A DNA stretch of 54,205 nt, counting the filler, from Dirinaria sp. TL-2023a (lineage: Eukaryota): the NCBI GenBank assembly GCA_051941275.1. It is 3 parts of 3 records of this genome, joined end to end, with 100 filler letters (N's around TTAATTAATTAA, not from the genome) between each part and the next. Parts side by side here need not be neighbours in the genome. Positions count along the whole stretch, not along the records: positions 36,217 to 54,205 come from JAVEBF010000406.1; 2 more parts are not named here. The stretch is one strand, 5' to 3'. Both the position numbers and the translations under genes were made by a program. Numbering within the stretch: position 1 is the stretch's first letter; each line of letters begins with the position of its first letter. The notes under the pieces are model-generated. The model did not search any database and had not been told where the DNA came from. It was given only the letters and a program-made list of their open reading frames with translations. Shown here one piece after another: positions 51,892 through 54,205 of this stretch.

Positions 51892-54205
51892 TAATTTGTC
51901 TAGCAAATAATTAAATTACGCTTTAGTTCTTGACTTTATCCTCGGATCATCTCTGCACTTCCAGAACTCATCAGAATCAAATAATCAAAAGGCTAGGGAG
52001 AAATAAGAGACTTATCAGTTCAGAGAAGGTGAAAGATCTGACGAAGATCAATGAAACCATTGATTCGAAAGATGACACATCTTAATAAATGCAGTCAGTC
52101 ATTTTTCTGTCATTATGAAATAGAAAGAAAGTGATAGAAGTTAAAAGTGGGTCTGCATTCTATCGGAAACAAATTTTCTATCAATAATTCTATTGGATAT
52201 CATATTCGCTAACAAGATATCATAGATTATCACTTTTTTCTCTTCAAAAACTTCTGTCAAATATTTCACCAAGAGAGAGAAAGCTGTCGTTCGAAAGATG
52301 ATTTCACATTTTCGAATCCTGCGAACAGTTTTCAGGTTTAGCGAAATAACAAGTAATGTTGATCCCCACAAGAATGGCTGAAATTCACAGATCGATGTCG
52401 CAAACGCAGAAACGATATTTGATTCCTCGATGTTGGAATCTTGTTCTCAAGACCTAAATGGAGGTTACATCTCCAGCGAAGGAGCAGATCTCACGACGAC
52501 TTTTAAACTTTGATCACTACGAGTATCCCTCCAGGGGAAGCTGTTCACTGAATATCACAAAAAAAATAATCCTTCTGTCGTTTCAGCCATGTCTACCCCT
52601 GAGAAGGATATCGGGAAGAAGAGATCTGTGGCGGTATCGAACATAGCGATGTCCGAAGCCCTAGCTATGTCGTTCTAATTGTGTTTCCACTTGAGGAAAG
52701 TATGATAAGAAGAGATCTGCGGGAAACTTCAAAAGAGAAGATTCCGAGAGTTTTCAGAGAAAACATAATTCTCGTCTCATTAGAAACGTCTCCCTCGCTT
52801 CGGTCCCCCAGTCGTGTTACCATACTTGAAAGAAGTCGGACATGAAATCAGCTTCGATCTAAGATGGTTTCTTAAATCGCCAAAGAGAAAACTAATGCTG
52901 AGTCAAGAAGATAATAAAAATATCAATTTTGCCTACTACAAAGGAAAACCCACCATCTACATTCATTATTCCCGAAGTCACCCGAGATCATTACAAAAAT
53001 AACTATGATCGTATACTCGCCACTTTCACAAATGTTATTAATAGTAATACTATTCGTGGGTAGTAAAATTATCATGATTTTTTTCAATCGAAGGTTCGTT
53101 GAAGTGAAGAACGACTCAATATTTTTCCTTTTCTACACCTTTTAGGTCAATTTACCTGCTTAACTTAGCAATGGATTCATACCTAGACACTATACTCGAC
53201 CAGGAGAAGCAGAATTAAAGAAGTGAAGAGAAAGCGATGGCGACATTAAAGATGGATCGCCCGCTCAAACGGATCAATCAACTCGAATCTGAAGCTGATC
53301 ATGTATCATCGCGAGCGACGAGAAACTGGGCTGCGCTAAGACTCAGTCGACTCTGATCTCACAAGTTTTTCTTACCACTTAGTCTCCTTTCTGAATGAGA
53401 TGTATAAAGAGTCGGAAATCTTCATTAAATGAATTTTCAAAAGCAATGCTACAATCTACTATTCCAATCCCGACTTACTCTAAACTCTTCACCATTAGCA
53501 GATATCCTCCTTTTCGAAGAATAGTACAGCATCAGGGGCATCCTGAAGAATCCCTACGCAGATATACCAACCGCATAACTCACTTCTAAGTCATGTCCAT
53601 CAGAACACATGCATCGAAACGCTCACACATAAGAAAGCGAGGAAAATGTATAAGACAGCAACCATCGACTTGCACCTCATTTCTAAAAGTATAGACGACT
53701 TCCTATTCTAACTGACAAGACTAGAATAGCTATGCAGCGACGAAAGACTAAAGATCCTTTCAAACAACAAAAACGAGTCCGATATCAGCGACAAAAAAAC
53801 CGCAAATTCCCTGAAAGACAAAAAAAAAAAAGTTCGACGAAAAAAACCAAAAAATATCATATAAAATAATCATCAAAACTCAACACCCCCTCTAATCCAC
53901 CTCAGCACCAACCAACAAATGTCGTCTCCTAAACCACACTCCGTGACCATACCAATATGTAAACCCGCATCCTCAACACCCCCAACAACATTTCTTAGAT
54001 AGGTTGACCAAAACGGTCTAGCTTGACTAGACTAGTCACCTCAACACCTCTAAGGGTAAATAGTGCCCACAAATGCTTTTCCATAGACTTTAGACAATGC
54101 ATGCTACATACACATACCAAATAGGTGCAATTGACCCGTTGGCCATATAAATCTGACACAATACCACTCCAAACCAACCTCCCCTTAAAACATCTCGCTT
54201 ACTAT

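Larger units (their letters stand above)
43900..54205. repeat. Gene-poor block of decayed repeats and pseudogenes
   Basis: No intact recognisable gene, AT-enriched and CC/GG-depleted tracts, many short broken ORFs. Confidence 0.6.

Noticed and set aside
53880..54205. Strand-skewed C/A-rich end as a telomere-linked helicase or subtelomere
   Set aside because: No helicase motif or telomeric array is visible.
1..54205. tRNA, rRNA or CRISPR features
   Set aside because: No cloverleaf, rRNA-conserved block or repeat-spacer array was recognised by eye.

Overview
Filamentous ascomycete (Pezizomycotina) nuclear DNA, judged from short GT-AG introns with CTRAC branch sites and fungal-specific Zn2Cys6 factors. 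The window is three contigs joined by two artificial 100-nt spacers (44 N + TTAATTAATTAA + 44 N). Positions 1-43.2 kb hold about 17 mostly intron-containing genes: AhpD/CMD-like, DUF1295, m-AAA protease, AtrR-like TF, alpha/beta hydrolase, RLP24, GRGGAGN-repeat protein, SPO22/ZIP4, AcuM/RDS2, CENP-Q/Fta7-like, RGP1, RRG9, MpaB/Lcp-like oxygenase, CBR1 (5' partial), SND2, CDC27/bimA and SLC1. Positions 43.2-54.2 kb are gene-poor decayed repeat DNA with a Ty3/Gypsy relic. Three observations stand out. (1) The repeat relics carry an apparent CpC->TpC (GG->GA) hypermutation signature, with CC/GG nearly absent, TCGA abundant and CpA and CpG spared; this does not match canonical CpA RIP. (2) A 171-bp nested fold-back/MITE-like element built from telomeric TTAGGG units lies 42 bp upstream of a start codon. 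(3) A kinetochore CENP-Q-like gene appears frameshifted and truncated. All calls come from reading the sequence by eye; no searches were run.
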